Shown here piece after piece: positions 1-15,000 of a stretch of DNA of 64,000 bases. Under the pieces are notes generated by a model. The model was not told where the DNA came from and did no database searches. It worked only from the letters and a program-made list of their open reading frames with translations. Origin of the DNA: Antedon mediterranea (Eukaryota; Animalia; Echinodermata); the NCBI RefSeq assembly GCF_964355755.1, contig NC_092674.1:12028001-12092000 (forward strand), given 5' to 3'. A program made the translations under genes and the position numbers. Positions within the stretch are counted from its first letter, which is position 1, and the number at the start of each line of letters is the position of its first letter.

Positions 1-3000
1 GCGATGTTTTCTTGAGATTGTAAAATGACTCTAGAATGATCATCTGAAATGATAATTATTGTAAATAATAATAAAATAGCTTTTATATTGTTGTTTTAAA
101 ACTTAGTTATTGAAATGAAGTGTTTAAAATAAGTGTAGGCCTACATTCATTGAACTGGTTAATGGATTGATATCTGTACAAAGACGAATTGATATGATTT
201 AACCAAATACAAGGCTGAATAAAATAAAGGAGGCCAAATACAGATACAAAATGAAACATTCATATTAGGTCAAACCAAAAATAAAACAAACATATTCAAT
301 ATTATTTACTTTCAAAATTTACCAATTTAATATAAAATATAACTTACATGGAATAACATTAGCATATCTGTTTTTATAATGGTTGACAGAGCTCTTTGCT
401 TCTTTCCATGGATGGAGTGGACGATTGCCAAGGTCCTTGGAAGAAAATATTGTTATAAAAAAGTGACTGTATGGTACTATAAAATAGCTTGTAAAGTGTT
501 AAAATAATATCCCACAATTATAGCTGACCCGAAAGTCAATGAAAATCATTCTCAAAGATAACACGTTATATTTAGAAGGAACTCGCCAACGGTGGTTGAT
601 GAATAGGCATACATGGTAAGGTTGGCAGAAAAATCCGGAGACGGTAACAGAATCGTAATCATATTGTTAACTTTTAATTTTCATTATACATAAAAAACAT
701 TTCTAATACATATGTATAACAATCTTTTCCGCGACAATTTTTGATCGTAGATAGAATGTGAACATTAATATATAAACATGTTTATTCTGGCTTGGTCCTA
801 AATTTTAAACTATATGGCCTACCTCAAACTCTTTCTCAAAATTTTGCACTGAGTCAACATGTTTTAACAAGACATATGAGTGAAGATCAGAAATAGCAAT
901 TGGTTGTTGTGTATCCTTATGTAAACTTGCGTTGGTATATATTGGTTCTAGCTCTTTGTTTGGTATCTCACTGTTAGCGTTGGCATTGTTATCTGTGTCT
1001 GACATACTTTCCGATGCATCAGCTTGCGACTGACCTGTAAAACAATAACTTACAGAATTGTGTTACCTTTATTGGTTAACTACTTATTTTTCTGATGTTC
1101 AAATTTAAATTTTAAATTAACATAGTCAATGAAAGTAATCAACGAACGATTGATATCTATATGCCTTCCACTATGTTCCACACTGTAAATATTCTTAAAC
1201 AAATTAAGAGGAAGTTATAAATAATTGTAATATGCCCATTTACACTAGGACGATAACGATCGACGATAAATAGATACAAATGTGCATTTTCCATACATAA
1301 AACAAAGGGATTCTAAAATGTTTTATCCTAGAACTACTAACATAACCATCTATGCTGACTTTGGTGGAAATAACAATTTCACACGAGCAATACTATTGTG
1401 ACGATACATTGATTGTATTGTTCTTAGTGATCATAACATCATTTTATTGGATTAAAAAAAAAATTCTATAAGAGACAACATAAATGGTTATACTGTAATA
1501 GTTCAAGAATGAAACCTTTTCTAATTTCTTTTGTGTTATGTGAGAACAATTATGCTTATCTATTATTTATCGTCGATCTGTATCTTCCTAGTGTGTAGAA
1601 GCCTTAACGTCCAAATGTATATTCAACATATTGATCCACAATATTTCAGATCCCTGAAAATATGTATTTCCTATTATAATTATGATGGAAGACAAAAGCT
1701 CATAATTATTTGAAATAATAAATGAATCTTAATTGATAACCTGGATTTTCTTGAATTTCGTTCAAAACCGGGTCAAGATTATTCCATGATTCTCCTTTGT
1801 TGAAATGTAGTTGTTTTCTGAAGTTTATAAAAAGGAGACGAACAAAAAATAAATGTAAAGAACATCAATTTTCGAGAATGAACGTGGTTGAAAAAGAAGG
1901 ATAAATAGAAGTGACGAGGCGAAACAAATATATATTTGTACATGTTTGTTATGTTATAAATTGTATTATGTAGTGGTGTAAAAACAAAATTGTTTTCTGA
2001 TATATGATTTGTTTATATGGATAATATATGCCTTAATAATGATTATTATTTTGTTTGTATAATTAACTGTATACTATTCTTAAAAATATAAAACAGTAGA
2101 CATGAAAGGTAGCTTATAATTCTCATTAAATAGCGAGAAATTCTAGGCACAGTACAGTTGTGAAACCAACATACTTCTGTATGAACAAATGAATAATTGT
2201 ATTATTCAAACCATTATTATTCAAACATACCTTTTCATTAGGAAATAAATCACAAAAACTATGGCGGTCACCAAAGCTATAGATCCAGTAACTGATCCTA
2301 CAATAGCACCTACATTCAATCAAATACATTTATTATAATAACTTGGTGTCATTTATGTTTCATGATTCTAAATTTGAAACCTAAGAGAAATGCTGAAGAT
2401 TACTGATTACTAATGCAGACGTTTACCTTATTTATTTATTATCTTATACATTATTTGAAATGTTACATTAGGCTATAATTAATTTGACTACTTGCCAACA
2501 TTTGAAATGGAGCTTGGACACATTTCTGATTACTGGTTACGAGTAAAATGGATAAATTGACCTTACTGTAACTATGTTGTAACTAAATATCAATTATTTA
2601 ACATTGTCACAAACCTGTGTTTGGTTTGTTTACATGTTGTAGTGTTGCTATAGTTATTCCTTGAGAAAAATTGCCAAATCCTTTGGATGTCTTCGCTGCT
2701 ACCTAAAACATAAATAATAATGATAATAGTAATTTAAAAAGCAGACTGAACAAGGGAAGAGAAATCTTAAGTAGTACTTTTCATTGTTTTGGAAATATAA
2801 AACTCACAATCAGGTCTCATGTATTTCCTCTCACATTTACTTAAGGTAAGAATCACATTCCTACTGTTTAGCAATGCGTTAAGATCTCGTGCTGATGGAA
2901 AATAGATTTAAATTTATACAAATGTGTTGAAATCGTACCTTCACTACATAACTAGTATTGGGATAAATATTAGCATGTACGTCTATTTCTATATCTTTAG

Positions 3001-6000
3001 TTGTAATGAACATCTCATCACTATCCTCCGCCATTATAGAAACGTTGTATAATTCAATGTGACAAAGATTCTCAGGCGATGGAAACCATTCTAAATGAAT
3101 GGAAGTGTCTGTAGCTGACGATTTGGTTATGTTTGGTAGGCCTGGATCTGTAAAACCGAAATCACATTACTAAAATTAAATAATCTTACAAAAAGCGTAT
3201 GCTTTCATATGAAACTCAATTTTACAAATTTTCGAAATGATGTCATTTATTACCAAAAAATACCTTTTTTTTAGAAATTTCACCAATCAATATAGGCCTA
3301 CTAAATTGAAATGGTATTAAATAAAATGAAATATAGTATATTCAGTAACATATGTAATGAAACGAGGATTCAGATTTGAGGTCTCATTTATACACAATGT
3401 AGCTATACAATTTTGTCCTGCATAGTATCCCAGTGAAGGTACTTACAGGCAACCATTGTCCTGATTGTTGTATTGTCAGTTGACCCGTTGACGTTTTGAA
3501 ATGATGCAGATACTTCAAATGTATAAGTAGTACATGGTTGTATATCGTTGTCAAATAGAAGCTGAGTTTCTTCAGTAGATCCTATTTGATTATTACCATT
3601 GTCTGTGCTGAGTGAGTAATGATACACTATTTTGCTATCTTCTTGGCTACATCTTGATTCATCCCATGATATAAAAATGGATCGTTCCTCAATTGATGTA
3701 TGTTTTGGTCGTATTTTAACATCTATGAAAATGTTAACTAATATTAATTTCTTTAATGCTATTAATGATAATATCATTAGTAAGATTACGATTACTTGCC
3801 ACATTTAATTCATGATATTCATATACCACAGCTCATTGGCTGTAATATAAAATTACCAACCAACACTATGGTATGCCAATTAAAATACACTCCATCGCAA
3901 CTCGTTATTTAAATTGTATTATTAATTAGCAAGTAAACTGTAATCAAGATAGCAACATACCGGATGGTGCTGTTTGTTGAATATAATCTTCACTCCATGG
4001 TCCGATATACTTCATATTATTAAATATTCTTGTATTCAAACGGTATTCAGTGCATTCAGATAAATCTTGCACATTATAAATAGTATTTGTTGTATTGAAA
4101 TAGTTTACATCCACATTGCTTAAGGTAGTTTTAACTTGATAAAGTAGAATATCATCACATTGAATGTTGTAAGTACTGTCATCAACCACCTGTAATGAAG
4201 AAGCAGTACGTCCGGTAAAGTAATTTTTATTCAAAAAATGATCTTCATTAATTCTAATTCTTACACTATCTACTGTAGCAAAATAAAAAATAACTAAAAT
4301 ATGGCTAATATTGACGAAACATAAATACAACTAGTTAAAGTTTAGTATACAATTTAGGTATCGCTTCATGTTGAATATCAACACATACAGTAAAATGAAT
4401 GTAATTGAATGTCCGTAGTTAAGCTAGATGTTATTCAAATAATAGTTTAAGACATCTTTACACATTCACAGTTTTTATTAAAATATTTCCGTTTACCTGA
4501 ATATCAAGCCTCAATTCTTGTCCAGAGACAGAGATAACTTCTAAACTCGGTGAAATTAGCGGTTCTATACAAAAAATGAAAGGTAAACAGTTTCCAAAAT
4601 AAAATGTAAGTAGGACAAAAAAGCTAATTAATAAATTTGAACCTCAAAATGGCAAACGGATCTAGAAAAAGTAAAAGCAATTGCATAAAAAAAAGTTGAA
4701 TGGAGAGATATTGTCTAGCTGAAGAACGGCGACGAAGCTGTAAATTATAGTGTAGGTAATATTGATAGCCGACGAATTGTAACGTGTACACGAATGTATA
4801 CAATATAATACTAACTCAGCCACATGTTATTTACATTTTTAAGAAACGAAAACCTAAATGTTCGATATTAAAATAGAAGCAGAAAGTGAAAAGTACACAT
4901 CCGGGTTACTTTCTCACACGATCTTTCTAATAAAATAAATATAAAGTTATAGCTCCATGATAATACGTTCTAAAACTAACTTCAGAATTTGATAACTATA
5001 TGTAAATAGTATGAAAGTACATATATAAGCCCACCTATGTTATGGTAGTATAATAGATTTTTGTTTTTGTCATCATTTCATACATTCAGCTATCATCAAT
5101 AATAGTTATAAATAAATAAGTAACAACATTCCTAGTGTCGAGATTAAAGATATCACACAAATGTGTAATGAGGAAATGTTATCTAAATTAAAAAGTATTT
5201 TAGCTGATGAATCTCATATTCTCAACATTAAGTTAGTAGTTACCAGATCTGGAAGATTAACAACAATTACAATTAAAACAAATAGACATACATTTTCATT
5301 CTTACCTAGCGCTGAATGACTTAATAAATCGAATTTGAATCTGAATAATAATGATAATAATAATAATCTAAATATACTATTTTCTGCAGGAAATATAAAA
5401 CAATACCCTACTGAGTGTGCCTAATGTCTAATATCGTCGGAGCTTCCTCGACCACTTGACGGCTCCAGAATGGATGCTAGATTTGCGGAGCTGCTACCAC
5501 TGTTTGGTAAGTTTGAGTAAATTTATATGAATAAGAAACGAGTATGTTGAATATCACATGATGGATATTACACACGCAGAGTAAAAGTAGACATGTAGAG
5601 CGAACTGGTTACCTGAGCAAACTGTCTGTGTTTCTCCTAGTGAACTTGGCGGACCAGTAGATTCTGTATCATGAACGTCTCTAGAATGTCGAGCGTAAAT
5701 GTGAATTGTATCATGAAGTTCAAGACCAGTTACATTCACAATATCATCTCGGCTACTGACAACTAACCATTTGCTATCTGTACTCAATCTGTACCAAAGT
5801 TGATGTTCTGTGATGATTCCTGTTCCATAATCTTCACCATAGATCCAGTTTACGTCAAAAGAAATGGATGTTGCCATCTGTTTAATGACTCTTGGTGGTT
5901 CTCTCAAGTAAGGCAAAGCTTAATAACATTCAGAAGGTTACAATTAGTTAGTAATATCCATTATTTAAAATGTCTTAATATTGAATAAACACTCAATAGA

Positions 6001-9000
6001 TATTTAATTATCTATAGTACCCATTTTTATTTAACGCGATTTACTAAATGGAATTTATTTCATTGGTTTTAAAGGTAAATGTAAATACCATCACTTATTT
6101 GATTACCGTATGTGACAGAAAGCGTATAATTTAAAACTAATAACATTTTCCATTAAGTCTTGTTTCTGCAACAATTAGTGATATTTAAAACTAATAGGCC
6201 TAAAAGTCACGTTAAACCTATTTAAAAATAAATAGACGTACCGATACTACAGTTTGGTCCATCCCATGCTTCATCACATCCATTATCACAGCTTCCGTCC
6301 TCCCGATTACAACTATCAGAGTTGTTGCAATGGCATGGGTAGTTACATAATTCGCCGAAATAACCCATCGGACATGTGCCATTTTGCAATACTGTAGTTA
6401 AATAATAAGAACATCTTTCGATGATTCTGTTTTAAAACTAATTAAATCTAACACTGCGATAGTACAGTTTAAAAAAAAAAAAAAATAGTTTTATTTTATT
6501 CTCTCCTAATGTCACAGGCCTAAAATAGATTTAAAAAAAAAAAGAGGTTAACCAGTACACACACCGAATATTGTTTATAATACTGATTTTACCTCACTTT
6601 AAAGGGGTAAATGTATGGTAGGACCTAAATGTTAGAATTAGGAAAGATTGGTATAACAATTTATTTCAATGAAGTATAATTTATTGATCGATGCTGTTAT
6701 ATAAATTAAAATAATTCTACAACATTTAAGATGAGAAAAGAGAGTAGTACTAAAAGCAAAATAAATTTAACTTTGACTAAAAAATATTTGCCACGAGATG
6801 AATGTTATACCTTGGCATTGTGGGCCTTCGTATCCCTCAAAGCAACTAGAAGGAGAACAACCTTTTGCATTGTCACAATTGTTACAATTACATTTAATTT
6901 GACATCCGGCACCATAATATCCGTCATCACAATCTTAAAACAAACATCAGTACGTATAACCTACCATTGTTATGAATGCACATAGTGTTAGGCCTATATT
7001 TCCAAATCTTTTTTTTTCGCACACAAACCTCGAAATTAATTCAAATTTGTATTATGTTTGTAATTATAAGCAGCCTTCACAATTTTGTATTATTAAACAT
7101 GTACATAACTTCAATTAAATTTTAAGCGAAACCATATTTTTTTATAATACAATTTTATATCAATTTTTAATAACACACTTATTTATTGTTTACCATCTTT
7201 GCAATCCAATCCTTGGTATCCAGCAGTACAACTGCAGCCGACAGGATCTGGAGGACAGACCAATTTACCTCTACAACTATCTCTATTGCCAGAACATTTA
7301 TTTGGACAATCACGGCCCAATTTATTAAAGCCACACGCTATAAATAGAGTAACTTCTAAGTGTGATTATCATTCAAACAATTTTTAGTAGTAATAATTTT
7401 AATTTATTTGACTTGATATATTTGCATCAACATTTCAAGATTCACTGAAAGATTCTAAAAATGTATAAATACAAACAATTCTATCATGCAGCATTTCCAA
7501 TAATTCTAAAACAAATGTATATAAAATCAGTAGAGTATTATCATACTATGTATTTAAATAAATCTCAAAATTTGAGATTTAATACCTATTTCACATTGTG
7601 TTCCTTTGAATCCAGAAGTACAAATACACAACCCCGTTTTGTCATCACAAACTCCACCATTGTAACAAACTGGACAATCCATTTCACAAGCTGGTGGATT
7701 CCACTTTGGGGATGGGCAATCTGGAATTTGTATTTGTGCAAGTATTATTTCAAATTACTTTCTGATTGCTACATCGGCCCAATTAAAAACTTGAAACTAT
7801 TGATAAATGTAATTTCGTTGGACTTATTATGGTTTTTAATTTTAAAAAGGGTTACGGATTATATATTCTCAAATGTTTCCACCTCAGCCGAAACAATTAT
7901 GGTGGTTTTTATTGTGGTTGTTAGTGTAAGGGTACAATTTCTAGGGAAGTATAAGTTCATATTTATTTACCGAACGAACAACAAAAAGAAAAACATAACA
8001 AATAACCTGGCATATATAAAAGCAAACAAAGAAAAGCGTACTGTTTCCTACTGAGCGGTGAAATAATTTCTAGTCCATCACACAGTGGTTGCAATGTTAC
8101 TGTTCTCTCGTACACATTCGTACATTTTTGTAGTAGGCCTCCATAATTATAACACAATATACGATTGAGCCAACAATATCGCTACGATACTGAAACTATG
8201 CATTTCGTGCATTTCACTTACAACACGTCCCTATTATCGGATGCACTCTTAGTAATATTCCAATTTTTTCCGAACACAAACCAAACTCTCATCAATATAT
8301 CAAATCTACTATTAGAAAGTGGTGATAAATATACTTATAAATCTATGTTTACCTCTTACAATCAGTCTCATTATACCGTTATTACCGTCAGGTTCATCGC
8401 CATGGAAACATTCATATACGCCGCCATCTTGTGCTCGTAAATTATCGATCTTGATTGAATGTATGTTGGTCCATGTGATATTGTCATAATTGTGTCTCCA
8501 TTTGAGGTCACCAGTCTGATTCACACTAACATTCAACGTAACTGATTCTCCAACGCCAACTGTCACTGTTTTCTTTAAAAAAGTGATAGTGGCTAGAAAC
8601 AAAAAAAGGTTGATATTAATCCTTCAGTATTCTATCAATAATATTCTGAATCACAAAAAAAACACATTTATTTTATAGTCAACATTATTTATATTTGCCC
8701 AACCAAATTTAAACTAGAGAATACATGTTTAATAGAACATGTATCCAGTCAGCCATTATTCATATTATTCATCCTTCACATTTACTTCTATTATTGTATT
8801 GGCAATAACTGGGGTCTGAAAAAAAGTTGGTGGCGTTTTGAACGTATAAGTACGTCAAAGTTACCAGTATTAAACACTTAATTTTTTGCACTGATTCTGG
8901 AATAAAAACCGCAATCGAGTTTAATAGTAATCTATATTAGTGATTGATAAACGTGATTCAACCAGTAAGTGCTGTATTTATAACTTCAGATCGCTTTTTG

Positions 9001-12000
9001 AGCCCGGTTTTGAGTTAGGCTAGCAAGTGCTTTGGGAGTTAGCTGATCGGATTACGAACGACACAGGTAAATAATCTCCGGTTAGACCCTTTGTTATTAC
9101 CTAGCAACCGATCAAACACTTATTGCACAAGTTACGCCTCATTGAACAAGAAGTATACATATTGTTCGACGAACCGCTTGTAACTATGGATACAGCAGAT
9201 AAAGTCAATATAACAGTTAAACCGGTTTTCGCAAAAGATGACGAAATTCGAAATAATCATGAAGAATATCTAAAAGAAAAAGAAATATACTTTGCTCTAA
9301 GCAAAATAATCAATTGTGAGCACTTAGTTGGTGTACAAAAAGTAAAGAACCTTTGGCGAATATACATAAATGATCATAACCAACGGGTGAAAGTTATAAC
9401 TACGGGTCTAAACATCAAGGGTAGACACGTAAACATATATGACACTAATCCATATCTCAACCGCACTGATAATGCAATCAGAATCTTGATAAAAGATGTA
9501 CCTTTATCAGTAAGGAATGAGGAAATACTCGACACTCTGAAAAAAATGGGCTGCAAAATTGTAAGTACTGTACAATACATAAAGTTTAGAATCGATGGGA
9601 AACTATCACGTTTTCTTAATGGAGACCGAGCGATAGTTGTTGAACCGTTTAAAAACAGTTTGCCAAGATTCTGCAAAATTAATAACTTTAATGCCAGGTT
9701 ATTCCACAAAGAACAAGTAGTTGACTTCAAATGTTTCGAATGTGGTATGCTTGGACATAAGGTAAACGCGTGTCCGAAGAAGCTAGCCATAGTCGTAAGT
9801 CATCTTTGCAACAAACCCGGGCATACCGCCAACAATTGCGACAACAAAGTTTTTGATGATGAAAACGAGATAGAGAGAAAGAAGCAAGAAGTTACTACTA
9901 TTATAAGTAGTGATGAAGGGAAAGATGAAAGCGAAAGCGAAGAAGAACAAGAAACCATTGTTGATGACAGTGACACAGAAAATGTAGGTAAAAAAGTTCC
10001 AACTAAAGCAGAATATGTGATCGAAGTGCTGACAGATTTGCTTAACAAACCGGCAAACCCAGAAAATGCATCAGATTCCTTGGAACTAGACGGAAAAGTT
10101 CAAGAAATTGTGGAAGAAGCCTATCCAAACGGAAATTTGAGTCAAGAGGATAAGACACCACAAGATTCACAAGAAGTTAAAAAAACCAAACAAGAAAAGG
10201 AAAAACAAAAGAAACAACAGAAAAAAAAGGTAAAAAAGCAACAAGTGTCGACAGTTGAACAAAAAGGAGAAAGAAGCTGCAATAAAACAGTGAAGGGAAT
10301 GCGACCAATAACAGACTTTGCTACTACAGGAAAAGCTGATTTAGCCAGTGCAGACGCTGTGGTAGCAGCCAGACAAAACTTTGCAGCTAGTAAAAGAAAG
10401 AAGCTCACAGAAAGTGGAGAGAAAAATGCAGAAAAAAAAGAAAAAAGGTCAGATTCTGTAAATAAGGTGTAAATTTTTTTGAAAATTAACTGTATGAAAA
10501 AGAATATTTAAGGTAATAAATATGTGTATAAAATCAAGATGTAACTAAAAAAACACTATTATGAATTGGCTTCATTGTATCACCCTCAACGTTAGAGGGA
10601 TTAGATCAAAAGATAAAGTGAAAAAAGTATTTCAATGGTGTAAAGACCAAAAAACAGATATAATTCTTTTACAGGAAACACATTTAACAAATGAATTAAT
10701 CAATAAGTCTTTTTTTAATTGGGAAGGAGAAGCCATACACAGTGTTGGTAGTTCACATAGTAGAGGTGTTTCTGTTCTAATTAGAAAAGATTTAGAATGT
10801 AGCGTTATTAAATCTTTAATTGATAAAGACGGAAGATATATTTTTATAAAATTGGTTGTACATGGAAAGCCACTTATTATTATTAACGTATATGCGCCAA
10901 ATGAATGTAAAAATAGAAGTACATTCTTCAGAAATATTCATAAAATTTATAAAGATTTTAATGATGAGAGTTGTAAAAAGGTTATCATGGGAGGAGACAT
11001 GAACTGTATTTTAGATATAGATGTAGACCAAAAAGGAAGTGTAAATAAAATAGATAAATCTGTAATTACGCTTAAAAATCTAATAAAAAATGTAAAGTTG
11101 ATAGATGGTTGGAGAACAATAAATCCAAACAAAAGGCAGTTCACATGGCGACAAAAACTAAAACATATTTATCGTAGGTTAGATTACTGGTTTATATCAG
11201 AAGATTTAGTAATAAATGGGGATATTATGTTTTGTGATATACGCCCGACGTTCTTTTCTGACCACCAAGCGGTCTCTATTAAGTTACATATGCATGAACC
11301 AAGACATGGTCCAGGGCTCTGGAAATGTAATAATAGTTATCTGCAAGATAAGACATACACAAATTCAATAAATAACATAATTGAAAAAACATTAGCGAAC
11401 AAGGCAAATAACTGGAGTTCAGTCATGAAATTGGAAATTATAAAAACGAAAGTTAAAGAATTTTCAATTCAATACGGTAAAGCAAAAAGTAAAAAACAAA
11501 ATATAAAAAAAGAAAAATTACAAAAAGAAATAAAAATTCTAGATCAAAACATTATTAATGATTCTAAGTATAATGTAGATGTTGAAACTATTATGGAAAA
11601 CAAAAAAAAATGAATTAGAAAATATTTATGATGTTGAGGCCAGAGGTGCTCAGATAAGATCGAGGGCTAAATGGATTGAAGAAGGTGAACGTAGTACATC
11701 TTTTTTTCTTGGTCGTGAAAAATCAAACTGTAAAAATAAACAAATTAAGAGCCTGTTAAACAATAATGGAAAGATTGTAACAAAACCAGAAGATATACTT
11801 GATGTTCAAGTAAAACATTTTAAAAGTTTGTATGAAAATGTTAAAATATGCCCCAAAAAAATTGATGAATACCTGAAAAAAACAAAAGTGAATACACTCA
11901 CTGATAAAGAGAAAGAGTTATGTGAAGGTAAAATCACTATTGAGGAATGTAAAGGGGCTCTTTTAAGTATGAAGAAAAATAAATCGCCTGGCTCAGATGG

Positions 12001-15000
12001 ACTAGGTGTAGAATTTAACATTTTCTTTTGGGACGGTGTTGGACAACTGTTATGTGATGCGTTAAATGAATCATTTGATTCAAAGGAACTTTCAAACTCA
12101 CAAAGAATAGGTGTTATTACCCTTTTATTTAAAAGTGGTGAAAAACAAAATTTAAATAACTGGCGTCCAATTACACTCCTAAATACTGATTATAAAATTC
12201 TTGCCCATGTGTTAAGTTATAGACTACGCAGGGTCATTAAGTCACTAATTGATTCAGACCAAAAGGGTTATATTAAAGATAGGTTTGCGGGTGAAAATAT
12301 ACGTTTAGCTAAAGATCTACTTTATTATACGGAAGAAAATGATATTGAAGGGGCTATGATGGTTTTTGACTTTAAAAAGGCTTTTGACTCGGTTAGTAGA
12401 GAGTTTATGTTTGCGGTATTAGCAAAATTAAAATTTGGTAATGTGTTTTGTGAATGGGTAAAAATTCTGTATAACAGAGTAGAGAGTGTCACAATTAATA
12501 ATGGATGGGTATCAGAAAACATCAGAATGGAAAGAGGCGTTCGGCAAGGGTGTCCGCTATCGGCACTTTTATTTATTCTTGTGGTCGAAATAATGGCTTC
12601 TAATATAAGAAATAGTAATATTTACAAGGGAATTAAATTACCAAATGTAAATGTCGAAGCTAGAATAAGTCAGTTTTAGCTGATGACACAATACTTTATG
12701 TTGGTAATGAAAAGAGTCTTCATACAGCGGTTAAAACTGTGGAAGAATTTTGTGAAATGTCAGGCTTGAAATTAAACAAACATAAATCAAAAGCTATGTG
12801 GATGGGTAAATGGAAAAATAGAAGTGATAAACCACTTGATTTATGTTGGGAAAAAAAGCCGATAAAGATATTAGGAATATATGTGGGATATGATTACAAG
12901 ACTTGTGAAACAAAAAATTGGAGTGATAAACTGGTTGATTTTGAAAAGATTTTGAAATTATGGAGTTCTAGAAATTTAACACTTTATGGGAAAGTAATTA
13001 TATTGAAGTCACTTGCACTAGCAAAACTTACATACAATGCAAATATTATTACTGTTCCAAATTATGTTTATGACATAGTTAACAAACAAAGTTATACATT
13101 TTTATGGAGTAACAAATCTGAAAAAATAAAAAGGAAAACCTTAATTGGAAACCTAAACGAAGGTGGAATTAAAATGCCAGATTTTAAATTGCATACAAAA
13201 GCACTTAATGTCACATGGCTAAAAAGGTTGTTACATGAAGATGAAGCAAAATGGAAATTTATTCCAAAATGTTATATTAATAATTTATGTTCAGAAAATA
13301 TTCTTTTTAACATGTCAGATGAAAACCACTTGATACATAAAATTCCTATGTTTTATGAGAGTATGTTGAAAGCATGCATAAAGTATAATAATTGCAATAA
13401 AAGAAGTGTAGACACATATGATGATATAATGAATGAACAGTTGTGGGGTAATAAGTTAATACAACTTAAAAAGCAATCACTATGTTATAAACGTTGGATT
13501 GAATGTGGCATTATTTTAGTGAAGGATATTATAAACGAAAATAGATTCATAACTTCAAAAGAATTGTTGGTAAAATTAAAGTACAAAGCAAACTGGTTAA
13601 ATGAATACATGTGCTTATTAAAAGCGATACCAATACAATGGAAAACTATAATCAAATACGAGGAAAATTGTTATTATAATATAACAGAAAATGTCATTAA
13701 GAATAGATATAAGGACATCACAACAAAGAGTATTTATCTCTGTTTTGTGGAGGAAATTTTTGTCCCTCCGGTTTGTCAAGGAAAATGGGAAAAATATTTT
13801 CATAATTTGAATATTGATTGGAAGTGATGTTGGTTATCTAAAGTTTGTAAAATGAAAGATAAAAAATTAATACACTTTAATTACAAACTGTTAAATAGAA
13901 TCTTAGCAACAAACAAAAGGTTGTTTATCTGGAAACTAAAAGATAATAATATATGTGGTAGATGTGGAGAGGTACAAGATGAGGAGCATATATTTTTTAC
14001 TTGTAAATTTATTCAAGGTTTTTGGACAAAAATAGAGATTGTTTTAAAAGGTACCAATCATATAAACATGTCTTTTCAAAATCTGGTAATTGGAACAAGA
14101 AATATTCTTACTGATTTTATATATACATTTGCTGCTTTCACGGTTTATAAACAAAAGATACTGGCTGATGTTACAAATAAAAGTTATTTTAATTTATGGA
14201 AATCTTTTAAACAAGGAATTCTATTCAGAATGGAATGTGATATAGTGTATAAAAGAGAGGAAAGCATAAAAAAATGGGAAAAAGTAAAAAATATTATTTT
14301 AGCAATGTAAAAATGTATAATTGTTAAACAATAACAGGCTAAAAACACGAGAAAATATTATTATAACACGATACTTAGTATTCTAGTATGGCTTCTACCT
14401 TACTAGTTTTATTTACTGGTGCTATATGAGTTACAGTATATTTTATTTTGTGATGTTGTAATGGCAATTGTGAACCTATATTATGTGATGTATACTTTTA
14501 TATAACTGTTGTCTATTTTTTTAATGCTTTAACTTTTTATATATGTAAAAGACTAAAAATAAGAAAAACAAAAAAACTTTAAGCTGCAGAGATAGTTTTC
14601 TACTGAAACAAAATTGATATAGATTATTGTAACAATTGTAAAGAATGAAATAAAAGTGAGTGAATCTCACAAAAGACAAAAAAAAAATAACTGGGGTCCC
14701 TCATTTGAAGAAATTTGCCAAAGCAGCAGCTGACATAAATTATTAAAAAAAATTTAAATATTATACACCATTAAAAAAAACCATGTCAATTTATTAAATT
14801 TACTTGTTTGTACACATTTGATAAAATCAGTAGATAATGGAGAAATGTATGTATTAGGGGGATTACCACCTATCTGATAGGACAGTGATTAATTTACTAT
14901 TGGTAATCCTTGGCCACATTGCCTAAAAGTCATAACATAAAAAAAAAAAAATTGTTAGCAGGATTACTCAAAAAGTTATTGCAAGATCTTTACCAATTCT

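Larger units (their letters stand above)
8817..14685 (+). mobile_element. Full-length L1/Tx1-clade non-LTR retrotransposon, antisense in intron 2 of RPTP copy 1
   Basis: 13-bp TSD AATAACTGGGGTC at 8804-8816 and 14686-14698; AATAAA and an A-rich tail at the 3' end; two-ORF layout. Confidence 0.93.

Noticed and set aside
4718-5215. Other CTGANGA motifs as hammerhead candidates
   Set aside because: No correctly spaced GAAA box or supporting stems.
9374-12522. Minus-strand ORFs within the L1/Tx1 element
   Set aside because: Antisense shadows of the A-rich ORF1 and ORF2.
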